A stretch of 61,929 bases of DNA from Polyangiales bacterium (GCA_045106895.1 JBGCFM010000042.1:1-61929), one strand, 5' to 3'. Numbered from the stretch's first letter, positions 18,992 to 28,681 are shown. The notes: generated by a model from the sequence alone, not told the origin. Translations and numbers: made by a program.

Positions 18992-20776
18992 ATGCCTGCA
19001 AAGCTTGCCCTCCTGGCTCTTGTCCTCGCCTGCGGCGCGGCCTCGTCCGCACCGGAAACGACGCCCATTAACACGTCGGCGCCTCGTATCGAATGGCGTT
19101 CATTCTCCCAGGAAGTGTTCGAAGCGGCTCGTCGTGAAGGGAAGCTGGTGCTCCTCGATGTGGGCATTGAGGGCTGCACCGCCTGCCGCTGGATGCTGGA
19201 GGGAACCTACAGCGACCCAGAGGTCGCTCGACGGGTGCACGCCGATTTCATCTCCGTCACCGTCGACGCCAACGCAAACCCGGAACTAGGCGCGCGCTAC
19301 ATTCGCTGGGCGTGGCCCGCGACCATCGTTCTGACGCCAGACGGCGAGCAGCTCCTCGCGATTCGCGGAAACAAACGCCCGCGGAACTTCCTCCCCCTCC
19401 TCGACGAAGCGTTGCGAAGAGCAGGCAGCCCGGAACACGAAGACGCAGCAGCCGCCGAAGCGATGGGAACGTGGGAGTGTGCCGAGCTGCTCCGCGCCGC
19501 TTCCTCCCGTGAAGCGCCCCACGGCGGATGGCTGCGCGGGAATATGTTGATGACGGCCGGGCGCCTCGTGGATGCGACGCTCGGGATTCCGGAGCGGCGG
19601 GATCACGCGCTCCGCACCGCGGAGCAATACGCGGAGCTCCTCGACTCCGAATGGGGCGGCCTCTACATGGCCCTTCGGGATGGCCAGCCCATCTACGAGA
19701 AACGAATGCCCCAACAAGCGCACGGGCTCCTGGCCTTTGCACACGCGTACGCGCTCACCGGCGACGTGACTTGGCTCCAACATGCGGCGAGCATCGATCG
19801 CTACGTCGAGCGCTTTCTGTCGGATGGCAGCGGCGGCTTCTACGCAGCCCAACGCGATGTGCCGACAACGGGCAATCAGACGGCGGAGAGCTATTTTGCC
19901 GAAAATGACGACGAACGAGTCGCTGCGGGAACTCCGCTCGTGGACCGCGGCATCTACTCCGCCGTCCACGCGCAAGGCGTCGAGGCCTACGCGGAACTGG
20001 CTCGACTTAGCGGCGCTAGAAACTACGCGGAGCGCGCCCTCAGCGCGGGGCAGGTTCTCCTCGCCGAGGTCCGCGACGGCCGAGTCGCCCAGCTGGCCAA
20101 TACGCCGCACGACGAGGGGCGTCTCCGACGACAGGTCGATGTGCCGGACTACATCGTTCTTGAAACCCAGGCGCGAGCCGGCCTTGCCCTCGTCGCACTT
20201 TTCGATCTGACGCAGGATGCGACGTTCCTACAGAAAGCCCGCGAGATCGCAGAACGCACACGAAGCGAGCTCGCTGCGACGGTCGGCGGTTTCTATTCGG
20301 CGCCTCCGGTGACCATGCTGCCCCAAGAGCGACGCGCCCTCGACAACGCGCTCTTCGCGCGGCTGCTCTTTGGACTCGCGGATCGCACCCACGAGCACTC
20401 CTTCATCGAGGCCGCCGAGGATGCTCTTCGCACGGCCCTAAGCCTTGCCGGCCGGCGGCCTCATCCCGGGCTTCTCGCCCAGCTGCTCTTGGCAGACAGT
20501 GCTCGGCGCGGCGGCATCATCGACGTCTCCATCGCCGCCGGGGACATGGGCTCACCGGCGGCCCTGGCTCTGCTTGAGGCTGCTCAAAGCGCCTACTCTC
20601 ATGACCGGCGAGCGCACTTTGATCGCCTCGAGCGCTACCCTCGCCGAGAGCGAGCCGGAGCGTATGTTTGCACCCGCAGTGCGTGCTCCCCGCCTTTGTT
20701 TGACGCAGCCGCAATCCGGGCGGCGGTGCAGCGCGAGGCCGACGCGGCACAGTGCGCGACTGCAGCCGCCCCATAG
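18992..20776 (+). CDS. Thioredoxin-domain protein (DUF255/YyaL-like) with lipoprotein signal
   Basis: IEW..FSQEVFEAARREGK.VLLD...CTAC..M...YSDPEVA, WPATIVLTPDG, YEKR, GGFY motifs, C-terminal AYVC....CSPP. Confidence 0.8.
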   Translation: MPAKLALLALVLACGAASSAPETTPINTSAPRIEWRSFSQEVFEAARREGKLVLLDVGIEGCTACRWMLEGTYSDPEVARRVHADFISVTVDANANPELGARYIRWAWPATIVLTPDGEQLLAIRGNKRPRNFLPLLDEALRRAGSPEHEDAAAAEAMGTWECAELLRAASSREAPHGGWLRGNMLMTAGRLVDATLGIPERRDHALRTAEQYAELLDSEWGGLYMALRDGQPIYEKRMPQQAHGLLAFAHAYALTGDVTWLQHAASIDRYVERFLSDGSGGFYAAQRDVPTTGNQTAESYFAENDDERVAAGTPLVDRGIYSAVHAQGVEAYAELARLSGARNYAERALSAGQVLLAEVRDGRVAQLANTPHDEGRLRRQVDVPDYIVLETQARAGLALVALFDLTQDATFLQKAREIAERTRSELAATVGGFYSAPPVTMLPQERRALDNALFARLLFGLADRTHEHSFIEAAEDALRTALSLAGRRPHPGLLAQLLLADSARRGGIIDVSIAAGDMGSPAALALLEAAQSAYSHDRRAHFDRLERYPRRERAGAYVCTRSACSPPLFDAAAIRAAVQREADAAQCATAAAP

Positions 20777-20817
20777 CGCCGCGTTGAACCCCACGGCAAG
20801 CCTGCTACCGCTGCGCC

Positions 20818-22854
20818 ATGTCCCTTGTTGTCCTCGAAAACCTCTCGCTCTCCTTCGGCGGGAAAACCATCGTCGATGACCTCTCGCTTCGGGTCGCCAA
20901 AGGAGACCGCATCGGTCTCATCGGGCCCAACGGGTCGGGTAAGACGACGATCATGCGTTTGATGAGCGGAGAGCAGACGCCCGACGGCGGCACCATCCGC
21001 ACCCAAAAAGAAGCGCGCGTCGCCTACTTGCCGCAGGACGTCGCCGTCGACGGGGGTCGAACGCTGCTTCAGCTCATCGTCGAGAGTGTCCCGGGACGCA
21101 GTGCCCTGGAGACGCGTCTCGAGCGCACCGAGGCGGAGCTCGACAAGCGCTCCGCGGACGTCGACGCACCGGACTACATCGAGGTGGTGACGGAACTCGG
21201 AGGACTCGTCGGCGAGCTTCATGAGCAGCTCATCGACTTCGACCGCCTCTATTCCGAACATGAAGCCAAGGCTATTCTGGCGGGTCTCGGTTTCAAGACC
21301 AGCGACCACCACCGGGACGTGGGCGAGTTCAGCGGTGGTTGGAAGATGCGCGCGGTCCTCGCGTCGCTTCTCTTTCAACGCCCAGACCTTCTGCTCATGG
21401 ATGAGCCGACAAACCATCTCGACATGCCCTCCGTGGCGTGGCTTTCAGGATTCCTGAAGCGCTACAACCGCGCCTTCATTCTCATCAGCCATGACCGTGA
21501 GTTTCTCAACGAGCAGATCGACCGCGTGGTGAGTTTCGAGCCCGAGGGCGTCCGCATGTACAAGGGCGACCTCGACCGCTACCAGAAGCAACGCGCCGAA
21601 GAACGTGTGTTGCTTCAGAACCGCGCGCGCAACGTGGCGAAGGAACGCGAGCGTCTCGAACGTTTCGTGACGCGCTTCAAAGCAAAGGCCACCAAGGCGG
21701 GCCAGGCGCGCAGCAAGCTCAAGCAGCTGGAGAAGCTCGAGAATGTGGAGCTCCTCGGCGACCAGGCGTCCATCAGCTTTCGCTTCCCCGAAGCGGTTCG
21801 CGCCGGAAAAACCGTGCTTGAGGTAAACGAGCTCAAGAAGAACTACGACGAGACCGAGGTGCTTCAGGGCGTCGATCTTCGTGTCGAGCGCGGCCAACGC
21901 ATCGCGCTCCTCGGCGTCAACGGCGCGGGCAAGACCACCCTGCTGCGTATCCTCGCGGGCGAAATCGAGCCTACCGAGGGCGGCTACGAGTTCGGGCACA
22001 AGACCAAGGTCGGCTACTACGCGCAGCACCACGCCGAGACCTTGGATCGCAAGGCGACGATCTATGAGTCCGTGTCCCGTGTCGGCGCCGACAACGTGGG
22101 TCATCAGCGCGTGCGCGCCGTCTGCGGCGCCCTCCTCTTTGGCGAAGACGAAGTCGACAAGTCCGTGTCCGTGTTGTCCGGTGGTGAACGCGCACGCGTC
22201 GCGCTCGCCCAGTTGCTCATCGATCCCGGCAACGTCTTGCTCATGGATGAGCCGACCAATCACCTCGACCTCGACTCGAGCGAACGCCTCGCGGACGCGC
22301 TGAGTACTTTCGACGGCACCCTCCTCTTCGTCAGTCACAATCGAAGCTTCATTCGGAAGCTCGCCAACGCGATCTGGTTTGTCGAAGACGGCAAGGTCAG
22401 CCACTACCCAGGGAGCCTCGACGACTACATGGCGAAGTGCCGGCTTGAGGGCGAAGCGCCTGCGAGCGCGACGAACTCCGAATCCATCGAGGGACGGGTC
22501 GAGCGAAAAGCGCCGGGCGACGTCGCCGGGAAGAGCAAAAAGAAGAAAAAGAAGGACGCCGCGCAGGACGGAGCCAAGTCGAAAGCGACTCTCAAGAAAA
22601 AGAACCGCAACAAAGGCACGGACAAGAAGCTTCGCCCCCTCGAACGCCGCAGCGCTGAACTTGAGAAGCGCATCGCGAAGCTAGAAGGCGAGCAAGCGAA
22701 ACGGACGGAGGAGCTCTCGGACCCCGCGGTGTATGAGGACGCGAAGCGGCAAGCGGACCTCCAGGGCGAGTACGCCCGCGCGCAGGCGGAGCTTGAGGTC
22801 GCGATGGAGACCTGGGCAGAAGTCCAGGAAGAGATCGAAGGCCTTCAAGGCTAG
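20818..22854 (+). CDS. ABC-F family ATPase
   Basis: Two NBDs (GPNGSGKT/FSGGW/DEPTNHLD and GVNGAGKT/LSGGE/DEPTNHLD), no transmembrane segments, C-terminal coiled coil. Confidence 0.93.
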   Translation: MSLVVLENLSLSFGGKTIVDDLSLRVAKGDRIGLIGPNGSGKTTIMRLMSGEQTPDGGTIRTQKEARVAYLPQDVAVDGGRTLLQLIVESVPGRSALETRLERTEAELDKRSADVDAPDYIEVVTELGGLVGELHEQLIDFDRLYSEHEAKAILAGLGFKTSDHHRDVGEFSGGWKMRAVLASLLFQRPDLLLMDEPTNHLDMPSVAWLSGFLKRYNRAFILISHDREFLNEQIDRVVSFEPEGVRMYKGDLDRYQKQRAEERVLLQNRARNVAKERERLERFVTRFKAKATKAGQARSKLKQLEKLENVELLGDQASISFRFPEAVRAGKTVLEVNELKKNYDETEVLQGVDLRVERGQRIALLGVNGAGKTTLLRILAGEIEPTEGGYEFGHKTKVGYYAQHHAETLDRKATIYESVSRVGADNVGHQRVRAVCGALLFGEDEVDKSVSVLSGGERARVALAQLLIDPGNVLLMDEPTNHLDLDSSERLADALSTFDGTLLFVSHNRSFIRKLANAIWFVEDGKVSHYPGSLDDYMAKCRLEGEAPASATNSESIEGRVERKAPGDVAGKSKKKKKKDAAQDGAKSKATLKKKNRNKGTDKKLRPLERRSAELEKRIAKLEGEQAKRTEELSDPAVYEDAKRQADLQGEYARAQAELEVAMETWAEVQEEIEGLQG

Positions 22855-22875
22855 GGCTTCGCGGCCCGCAGCCAG

Positions 22876-23787
22876 TTAGGCCCGGCCGAAGCGGTCGTTA
22901 AGCCACGCCGAGAGCGGGGGGACACGTTCGTCTGCCTGACGCGGCATCACCCGCCAGCGCATCAGATCGCGGGCGAGGGGAACGTGGGCCCACCCCTTGC
23001 CGTCTTGAAGGCGGATGGTCGGTGGCGGGACGAAGCCGCTCTCCTCCGCCTCGCTTGGCGCCCACTGCACGACGCGACCGAGCTCTTTGACGGCACACAC
23101 CGCGACGGCGTCGCAGAGCGCTTGAAAGGTCACCGGCGGAATCCAATGGACCTGACCCGGCGCTTCCAAGGTGACGAGCTCTTCGAGTAGGTCCAGCGAC
23201 TCCGCCTTCGGCGGCAACGCTCCGGCCCCGGCCTTCTCCAAGACGTCGTTGAGCGCGGCGAAGAAGAGCCCGGGCTGCTCTCCGAACACATGTTCGCCCA
23301 CGCGCGTGCGCAGGTCTTGCTCCAACGCGCCGGCGTTCTCGGCCACCGAAAATGATGCGCGCCACTGAGACTTCGGCTGGTCGACCTCGAAGCCAAGACG
23401 GCTCGCCTCCCCGCGGACTTGCGCCACGCAGTCCGGCCATTCCTCCGCTGCCTCCTGAAGTCCAAACGCACGAAGGGCGTCGCTGACGCCGGGCACGTCC
23501 GCGAAGAGCACGACACGAAGCTCGGTGACGTGTCGAGCGACCTCATCCTGCGCGAGCTCACTCGCGGAGCGGCTCAGTTCCGAGAGGAACGTCGACTCGA
23601 TAGCGTGGCGCATCGCGGCGTGCAGCGCCGCCGCACCGCCGGGGTCTTCCCAGACGACGAGCACGAACGCGACGCCGCCCTCCTCGCCCATAGGCGTCTC
23701 AAGAACGCGGCTATGAACCGCGGACTTCGGCGCCGGCGCTTCGTCGCGCCAGCCAGGAAACAACTCGTCGAGTGGGCCCTTCGTCAC
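22876..23787 (-). CDS. Hypothetical protein
   Basis: 3' part of the 696-aa track ORF, not overlapping the VWA gene; protein-like composition; GTG start at 23787 is tentative. Confidence 0.65.
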   Translation of the reverse strand: MTKGPLDELFPGWRDEAPAPKSAVHSRVLETPMGEEGGVAFVLVVWEDPGGAAALHAAMRHAIESTFLSELSRSASELAQDEVARHVTELRVVLFADVPGVSDALRAFGLQEAAEEWPDCVAQVRGEASRLGFEVDQPKSQWRASFSVAENAGALEQDLRTRVGEHVFGEQPGLFFAALNDVLEKAGAGALPPKAESLDLLEELVTLEAPGQVHWIPPVTFQALCDAVAVCAVKELGRVVQWAPSEAEESGFVPPPTIRLQDGKGWAHVPLARDLMRWRVMPRQADERVPPLSAWLNDRFGRA

Positions 23788-23889
23788 GTTCGGACTTACC
23801 AAAGCGCGCCGGTCGCGCAACGCGAGGGCTCCCGAGAGTGGAGGACGCCTATTCCAAGGGGAAAGCGCCAGTATGCTAACGTGGCAACC

Positions 23890-25059
23890 ATGAAACGCAT
23901 TGCTTTCCTCTGCGCGCTCCTCGCAGCGTGCGACTGCAGCTCTGCTCCACCCCGACCCGCAGGGCTCTGCACGGATGAGGCGCCGCCCGCAGAGTGCGGT
24001 GAGCGATGCAGCCTGACGCGCGCGTGTCCCTTCGGCTTCTTCTGCAATGCCGAAGCCGAGTGCGACGTCGAGTGCGTCGACGACACCGTCTGCGACATCG
24101 GTTACGAATGCGGCGACAACGGGCGCTGTACCGTCATGCCGCTCCCTTTCGACGCTGTTGGTCACGACGGCCCCCTCCCCGACAGGGCCACATGTGCGCA
24201 ACAAGAAGTCGCCGCCGGCCGCACAACGCCGCACGTCATCATCGTCGTCGACCAGTCCGGCAGCATGGACGAGGACTTCGGTGATTCGAACCGCTGGGAC
24301 GCGCTCCGCGACTCGCTTCTCGCTGAGCCTGACGGCTTCATCTACGCGCTTCAGGAAGAAGTAATCTTTGGTCTCGCGCTTTTCAGTGGCGACGAAGCGA
24401 TGTGCCCGATCCTCACCACGGTTCCTTCTGCGCTCAACAACCACGCCGCCATCGCCGAGGTCTACAACGAGGAAGAGATCCGCAGCGAAACGCCGACAGG
24501 TGATTCCATGGACCAACTCCTGGACGAGCTCCTGAGTGCGCCGGATCGCAACGACAACCCAACGATCTTCATTTTGGCAACGGACGGGGAGCCGGACACC
24601 TGCGAAGAGCCCAATCCCCAGAACGGCCAGGCTGAAGCACTCGCCGCTGTGCGCCGCGCGTACGAAAACGATATTCGTACCTACGTCATAAGCGTAGGCA
24701 CCGACATCTCCGAAGCTCACCTCACGGACATGGCCAATGCCGGCCTGGGTCGCTCCGGCGGCCCCGACGCAGAGTTCTGGGTCGCCGGCGACGACGTGGG
24801 TCTGCGTGACGCCTTGGGCGAGATCATCGGCGGCGCGCTGAGCTGCACCATCGAGCTGGAAGGTCGCATCGATGTTGCGGAGGCGTGCACTGGGCGCGTC
24901 GAGCTCAATGGAAATCCGCTCGTCTGCGACGACCCCGACGGTTGGGTCGTCATCGACGAATCGCACATCGAACTTCAGGGCGAAGCGTGCGAGCGGTTGA
25001 CGATGAACTCGAACTCAACGCTTCGAGCGACGTTCCCTTGCGGCGTACTCGTCATCTAA
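23890..25059 (+). CDS. Cys-rich VWA-domain lipoprotein
   Basis: LLAAC lipobox, Cys-rich repeats, MIDAS DQSGS...T...TDGEP. Confidence 0.87.
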   Translation: MKRIAFLCALLAACDCSSAPPRPAGLCTDEAPPAECGERCSLTRACPFGFFCNAEAECDVECVDDTVCDIGYECGDNGRCTVMPLPFDAVGHDGPLPDRATCAQQEVAAGRTTPHVIIVVDQSGSMDEDFGDSNRWDALRDSLLAEPDGFIYALQEEVIFGLALFSGDEAMCPILTTVPSALNNHAAIAEVYNEEEIRSETPTGDSMDQLLDELLSAPDRNDNPTIFILATDGEPDTCEEPNPQNGQAEALAAVRRAYENDIRTYVISVGTDISEAHLTDMANAGLGRSGGPDAEFWVAGDDVGLRDALGEIIGGALSCTIELEGRIDVAEACTGRVELNGNPLVCDDPDGWVVIDESHIELQGEACERLTMNSNSTLRATFPCGVLVI

Positions 25060-25076
25060 GACGCGTTGTTCACCAG

Positions 25077-25166
25077 GGTTCATCAGACCGGGGTTCATCA
25101 GAGCGGGGTTCACCAGACCGGGGTTCATCAGACCGGGGTTCATCAGACAGAGGTTCAGCCCGACTC
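25077..25166. repeat. 15-bp tandem repeat, about 6 copies, consensus GGTTCATCAGACCGG
   Basis: Units start at 25077, 25092, 25107, 25122, 25137 and 25152 (degenerate), between two convergent stop codons. Confidence 0.92.
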
Positions 25167-25184
25167 GACGAATAGGGCCTGGAC

Positions 25185-25721
25185 CTACTCCACCCAAAAC
25201 GAGGACGCGAAGGTTTCGTCGTCGGTCCAGCGCGTGTAGTCGTAGCGGAACACAAGCGTATGAACGCCCAGCTCTTGGTACGAGCGCGGGCTCATCGCCA
25301 AATCGATGTCTTGTTGCGGCGCATTCAGCGTCACCACGCCATCGTCGGTCCGGCGCGTCAGCGTTGCGGCGTCGCGCTCAGCGTCCCCGAGGTGCAGGCG
25401 GAGCGCGCAGTACTCATCCGGCGCCGGCCGCAGCGTTGTGACGAGACGGTGAGAGGTCTCGAGTACGTCAATGGTGTCGGCGCTGACTTCACCTCCGTGG
25501 GCGTAGGCGAGGCCAAAGCTCGGAATCGTGGCACCCGCCGTGCCTTCGCAGGGCAGCAGCTCAATGAACTCGACGAGGAGCGAGGCGGACTCGACGCCAG
25601 CCCCGACGGTGGCGCGGGGCGCCGTGAGCTCGATATCAACGTCGATGCCGGCATCGTAGCCAACGCAGGAGAGAGCGACGAGCACGCTCGCCGCCAGCCC
25701 TTTGCGCCCGGCGCTACGCAT
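25185..25721 (-). CDS. Hypothetical exported protein
   Basis: Signal-like N-terminus, IELLPC...AYAHGG...EYCALRL; 8-nt overlap with the upstream gene. Confidence 0.65.
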   Translation of the reverse strand: MRSAGRKGLAASVLVALSCVGYDAGIDVDIELTAPRATVGAGVESASLLVEFIELLPCEGTAGATIPSFGLAYAHGGEVSADTIDVLETSHRLVTTLRPAPDEYCALRLHLGDAERDAATLTRRTDDGVVTLNAPQQDIDLAMSPRSYQELGVHTLVFRYDYTRWTDDETFASSFWVE

Positions 25722-26535
25722 CGAACACCCAGTCGAGATAGAGAATAGGACCAGCGTCCCCGTCTTGAACGTCGACGTACAGAGGAACGGCGACCTCGAC
25801 CCCAAAGGTCGAACTCCCAGCCCGCGCGCGAAACCCAAACGAGGCGGCAATGATGGTGTCTGTAGGTGCGAAGAGAACACGCTGGAATGTGGAGCCCACG
25901 ACGAAGGAGACGGCGTCCGCCGGCTGGTAGGCCAAGCGCACCTGAGACAAGAGCGCAGGGTCATCGCCAGAGCGGAGAGAAGCACGCATCAGCAACGACA
26001 CTTGATTGCGGCGATATCGGTACGTGAGGCCGCCTCCGAGTTCTGCACGTTCCCCCGTCAGCTGGGCCTCGCGACCACTCGGGCCTACGGGACTCTCTTG
26101 AGCATCGATGACGGGGATCGTCGCGCCGGCATCCAGAGTGAGCGTGTGACGCGGGGCGAAACGCGTGTTGCGGAAGAGCAGAACACGCGCACCGAGCCAG
26201 GGGTCGCTGAACACATAGCGGCGCTCTTCGGAGAGGTTCGCCAGACTCAGCGTCTGGTGGGCGACGAACTGACGCGCCATGAGTGAGACGCGCTCCATCG
26301 GCGCGTACTGAACCGCCAATCCAAGCCGGCGCTCATCGATGGTGACATCAAACGCGCGAAAGGAGCGAAGACGCAGGCTGGTTTGAATGCGCCATGACTG
26401 CTCGCTCCACGCCTCGTTTCCCATCGCGGTGAGCGAGGGGTCACCCGTTGCACAGGTGACACAGGCGCTGGCCACACCGTGACCCACGACAAGAAACACA
26501 AACGTGAGGAGTAGTGACCTCATCCCTCGCTTCAT
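25714..26535 (-). CDS. Putative outer-membrane beta-barrel with N-terminal CxxC
   Basis: Signal peptide ending ASA, mature start CVTCATGDPSLT, amphipathic beta-strand pattern, aromatic C-terminus. Confidence 0.65.
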   Translation of the reverse strand: MKRGMRSLLLTFVFLVVGHGVASACVTCATGDPSLTAMGNEAWSEQSWRIQTSLRLRSFRAFDVTIDERRLGLAVQYAPMERVSLMARQFVAHQTLSLANLSEERRYVFSDPWLGARVLLFRNTRFAPRHTLTLDAGATIPVIDAQESPVGPSGREAQLTGERAELGGGLTYRYRRNQVSLLMRASLRSGDDPALLSQVRLAYQPADAVSFVVGSTFQRVLFAPTDTIIAASFGFRARAGSSTFGVEVAVPLYVDVQDGDAGPILYLDWVFDA

Positions 26536-26574
26536 ACGGCCTATTCCACCGAAGCCAACGGGTTTTCGTCGGCC

Positions 26575-27102
26575 CTACTCGACCTGCCACAAAGCGGCGG
26601 CTGCGCCGGCCAGAGTTGCCGCAATACGCACCGAATCGTGGATCTCGTCTTTGCTGAGTCCGGCGGCCGCGACGACCTTCTCGTGCGACTGAACACACAT
26701 CTCGCACCCATTGATGGCGCTCACGGCCAAGCAGAAGAGCTCGAAGTCCACCTTCTCACCCGCGGGCTTCGCGATGCGGTTCATCCGAAGACGCGCCGGC
26801 ATCGCCCCGTAGTCGCTGTCTTTCATGTAGTGGCGGAACCGGTAGAAGACGTTGTTCATGGCCATCAACGACGCGGCGGCGCGGGCGTCTTCCAACACGA
26901 CATCTTCCACTCCCGCCGCTTTAGCGTCGGCGGCGATGGCGTTCGTCAGCGCCCGACTCTTCGTCGCCACGGCGCTGGCCAAGGCACAGCCCCAGAGGCG
27001 TGCGGGCGAGAGCTTGGACTGAGTGAGGACCGACTGAAGGTTGAGCTTCAGGTCCTTGGAGTGGTCCGGGATCTGCTGGCGAAGGGCGTTGGTGGCTTCC
27101 AT
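26575..27102 (-). CDS. ahpD: Alkyl hydroperoxide reductase AhpD
   Basis: KDLKLNL, MAMNNVFYRF, FELFCLAVSAINGCEMCVQSHE. Confidence 0.93.
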   Translation of the reverse strand: MEATNALRQQIPDHSKDLKLNLQSVLTQSKLSPARLWGCALASAVATKSRALTNAIAADAKAAGVEDVVLEDARAAASLMAMNNVFYRFRHYMKDSDYGAMPARLRMNRIAKPAGEKVDFELFCLAVSAINGCEMCVQSHEKVVAAAGLSKDEIHDSVRIAATLAGAAAALWQVE

Positions 27103-27188
27103 GGCCAGATGCTGACCCGAAAAGACCAGGGTGCAACCGCGATGCTGCCATGCTCGCCTGAACCGGCGACTTCATTGCCCTGTGGCGG

Positions 27189-27255
27189 AAAAAAAAGAGC
27201 TTCACGAGCGGAGATGTTGAGAGGGGGAAGAGGGGCACGCTCCGCTTCGTGAAGC
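27189..27255 (-). terminator. Long-stem hairpin with U-tract between ahpC and ahpD
   Basis: GCTTCACGA(A)GCGGAG / CTCCGCTCGTGAAGC stem followed by a T8 tract on the minus strand. Confidence 0.6.
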
Positions 27256-27388
27256 ACGCTTCGTCTAAAGCAGGGTCTGTGCCCAACGTTTTGTTCGAAA
27301 GAACCCCTTATCGCGCGCACGGCGACTGCCTTTTTCGCCGACCGGGCTGCGTCCTCTGCAGTCAGGTCCCGCATGTTCTCCGAGAACG

Positions 27389-27420
27389 AAAAAAGGGCCC
27401 CCGCAAGCGGAGACCCTCTT
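27389..27420 (-). terminator. ahpC intrinsic terminator
   Basis: Minus-strand GGGTCTCCGC-TT-GCGGGGGCCC followed by TTTTTT. Confidence 0.8.
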
Positions 27421-27439
27421 CTTTCGCAGCGCGCTCAGG

Positions 27440-27970
27440 CTAGAGCGTGTCGTCGCCCTTTTCCCAGTTGCATGGGCAGAGCTCGTCCGTCTGAAGGCCG
27501 TCGAGGACTCGAAGAACCTCGGGCACGTTCCGGCCGACGCTCAGATCGTTGACGCTCACCCAACGGATGATGTTGTCGGGGTCCGCGATGAAGGTCGCGC
27601 GAAGACAAACGCCGGCTTCCTTGTGAAGGATACCAAGAGCCGTGGACAGCTCGTGCTTTGTGTCCGCGAGCATTGGGAAAGGAAGGTCCTTGAGGTCCGC
27701 GTGGTCGTTACGCCAGGCGAGATGGACGAAGTGCGTGTCCGTGCTTCCGCCAAGGACGACGGCGTCGCGGTCGTTGAAGTCAGCGTTCCGGCGACCGAAC
27801 TCAGCGATCTCCGTCGGGCAGACGAAGGTGAAGTCCATGGGCCAGAAGAAGAGGACCTTCCACTTTCCTTCGTAGTCCTTCTCCGTGATCGTCTGAAACT
27901 CTTTGCCCTTTTCGCGAGACACAACGGCCTCTAGGGAAAACTCGGGAAGCTTGTCGCCAATTGTCAGCAT
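27440..27970 (-). CDS. ahpC: Peroxiredoxin AhpC
   Basis: DFTFVCPTE peroxidatic motif and ELCPCNW resolving motif. Confidence 0.95.
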   Translation of the reverse strand: MLTIGDKLPEFSLEAVVSREKGKEFQTITEKDYEGKWKVLFFWPMDFTFVCPTEIAEFGRRNADFNDRDAVVLGGSTDTHFVHLAWRNDHADLKDLPFPMLADTKHELSTALGILHKEAGVCLRATFIADPDNIIRWVSVNDLSVGRNVPEVLRVLDGLQTDELCPCNWEKGDDTL

Positions 27971-28098
27971 GTAGATACTCCAGTGGTGTTCCGCGTCGTT
28001 GGACGCGCATCAGTGTGCGGGGGATCTAGTGGCCACAAGGGAACGATGTCAACCGCTGACGCTTCTTCAATGGGTACCCAACGACGTCGCGGCCCCGC

Positions 28099-28653
28099 TT
28101 AGAGCAAGACACCCACGGACAATCCGGTGGAGGGACCGATGACAGGGCCGTCGCAGTATGTGTCGCACACCTCGGCGTTGCTGGGCTTGGCCCCGAAGTT
28201 TGTCATCGCCCCGAGAAACATGCGCACGACGATACGATCGGCGAAACGAGCCTCGTAGCTAAGATGCAGATGCCCCGTCGGCATGACCTCCCACTCGCCG
28301 CGACGTCCGCTCGAACCTGGGTCACCGACACCTCGCCAGCTCCCGACGGCCGCCCACGCTTCGATGCCGAGGGAGTTATTCTTGGTGAGGGAGAAAAGCC
28401 GGGAGACGCCCAGGCCAGCCCGCCAGCCGTCGTCGCCGCTCAACGCATACCCGCCTCCAACCATCAACGAGAAGCGTGGCGTCGACACGCTCACGAACCC
28501 GCCGAGGACTCCAACCGGTGAGAGGAAGCCGAGTTGCGTGTGGACACCAACACGGAGTCGTTCATCCGGCTGTGGATCCCCCGCTTCCTGCGCCAGACCG
28601 GCGGATGCGAAAGTGAGGAGTGCGAGGATGGCCAAGGCAAGTGAGCGTTTCAT
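28099..28653 (-). CDS. Hypothetical secreted or outer-membrane beta-barrel-like protein
   Basis: Signal peptide MKRSLALAILALLTFASAGLA, Gly/aromatic beta-strand pattern. Confidence 0.65.
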   Translation of the reverse strand: MKRSLALAILALLTFASAGLAQEAGDPQPDERLRVGVHTQLGFLSPVGVLGGFVSVSTPRFSLMVGGGYALSGDDGWRAGLGVSRLFSLTKNNSLGIEAWAAVGSWRGVGDPGSSGRRGEWEVMPTGHLHLSYEARFADRIVVRMFLGAMTNFGAKPSNAEVCDTYCDGPVIGPSTGLSVGVLL

Positions 28654-28665
28654 GCTCAACAATAA

Positions 28666-28681
28666 AGCAATCGATATGCCA
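28666..28681 (-). promoter_or_regulatory. Putative sigma54 (-24/-12) promoter
   Basis: Minus-strand TGGCAT-ATCGA-TTGCT, a near-consensus GG-N10-GC, just upstream of ATG 28653. Confidence 0.65.

Noticed and set aside
23788..24966. N-terminal extension of the 696-aa minus-strand ORF
   Set aside because: It overlaps the VWA lipoprotein on the opposite strand; only the 3' part is treated as coding.
25077..25166. Possible CRISPR array
   Set aside because: The units are 15-bp head-to-tail repeats with no unique spacers, and no cas genes are nearby.
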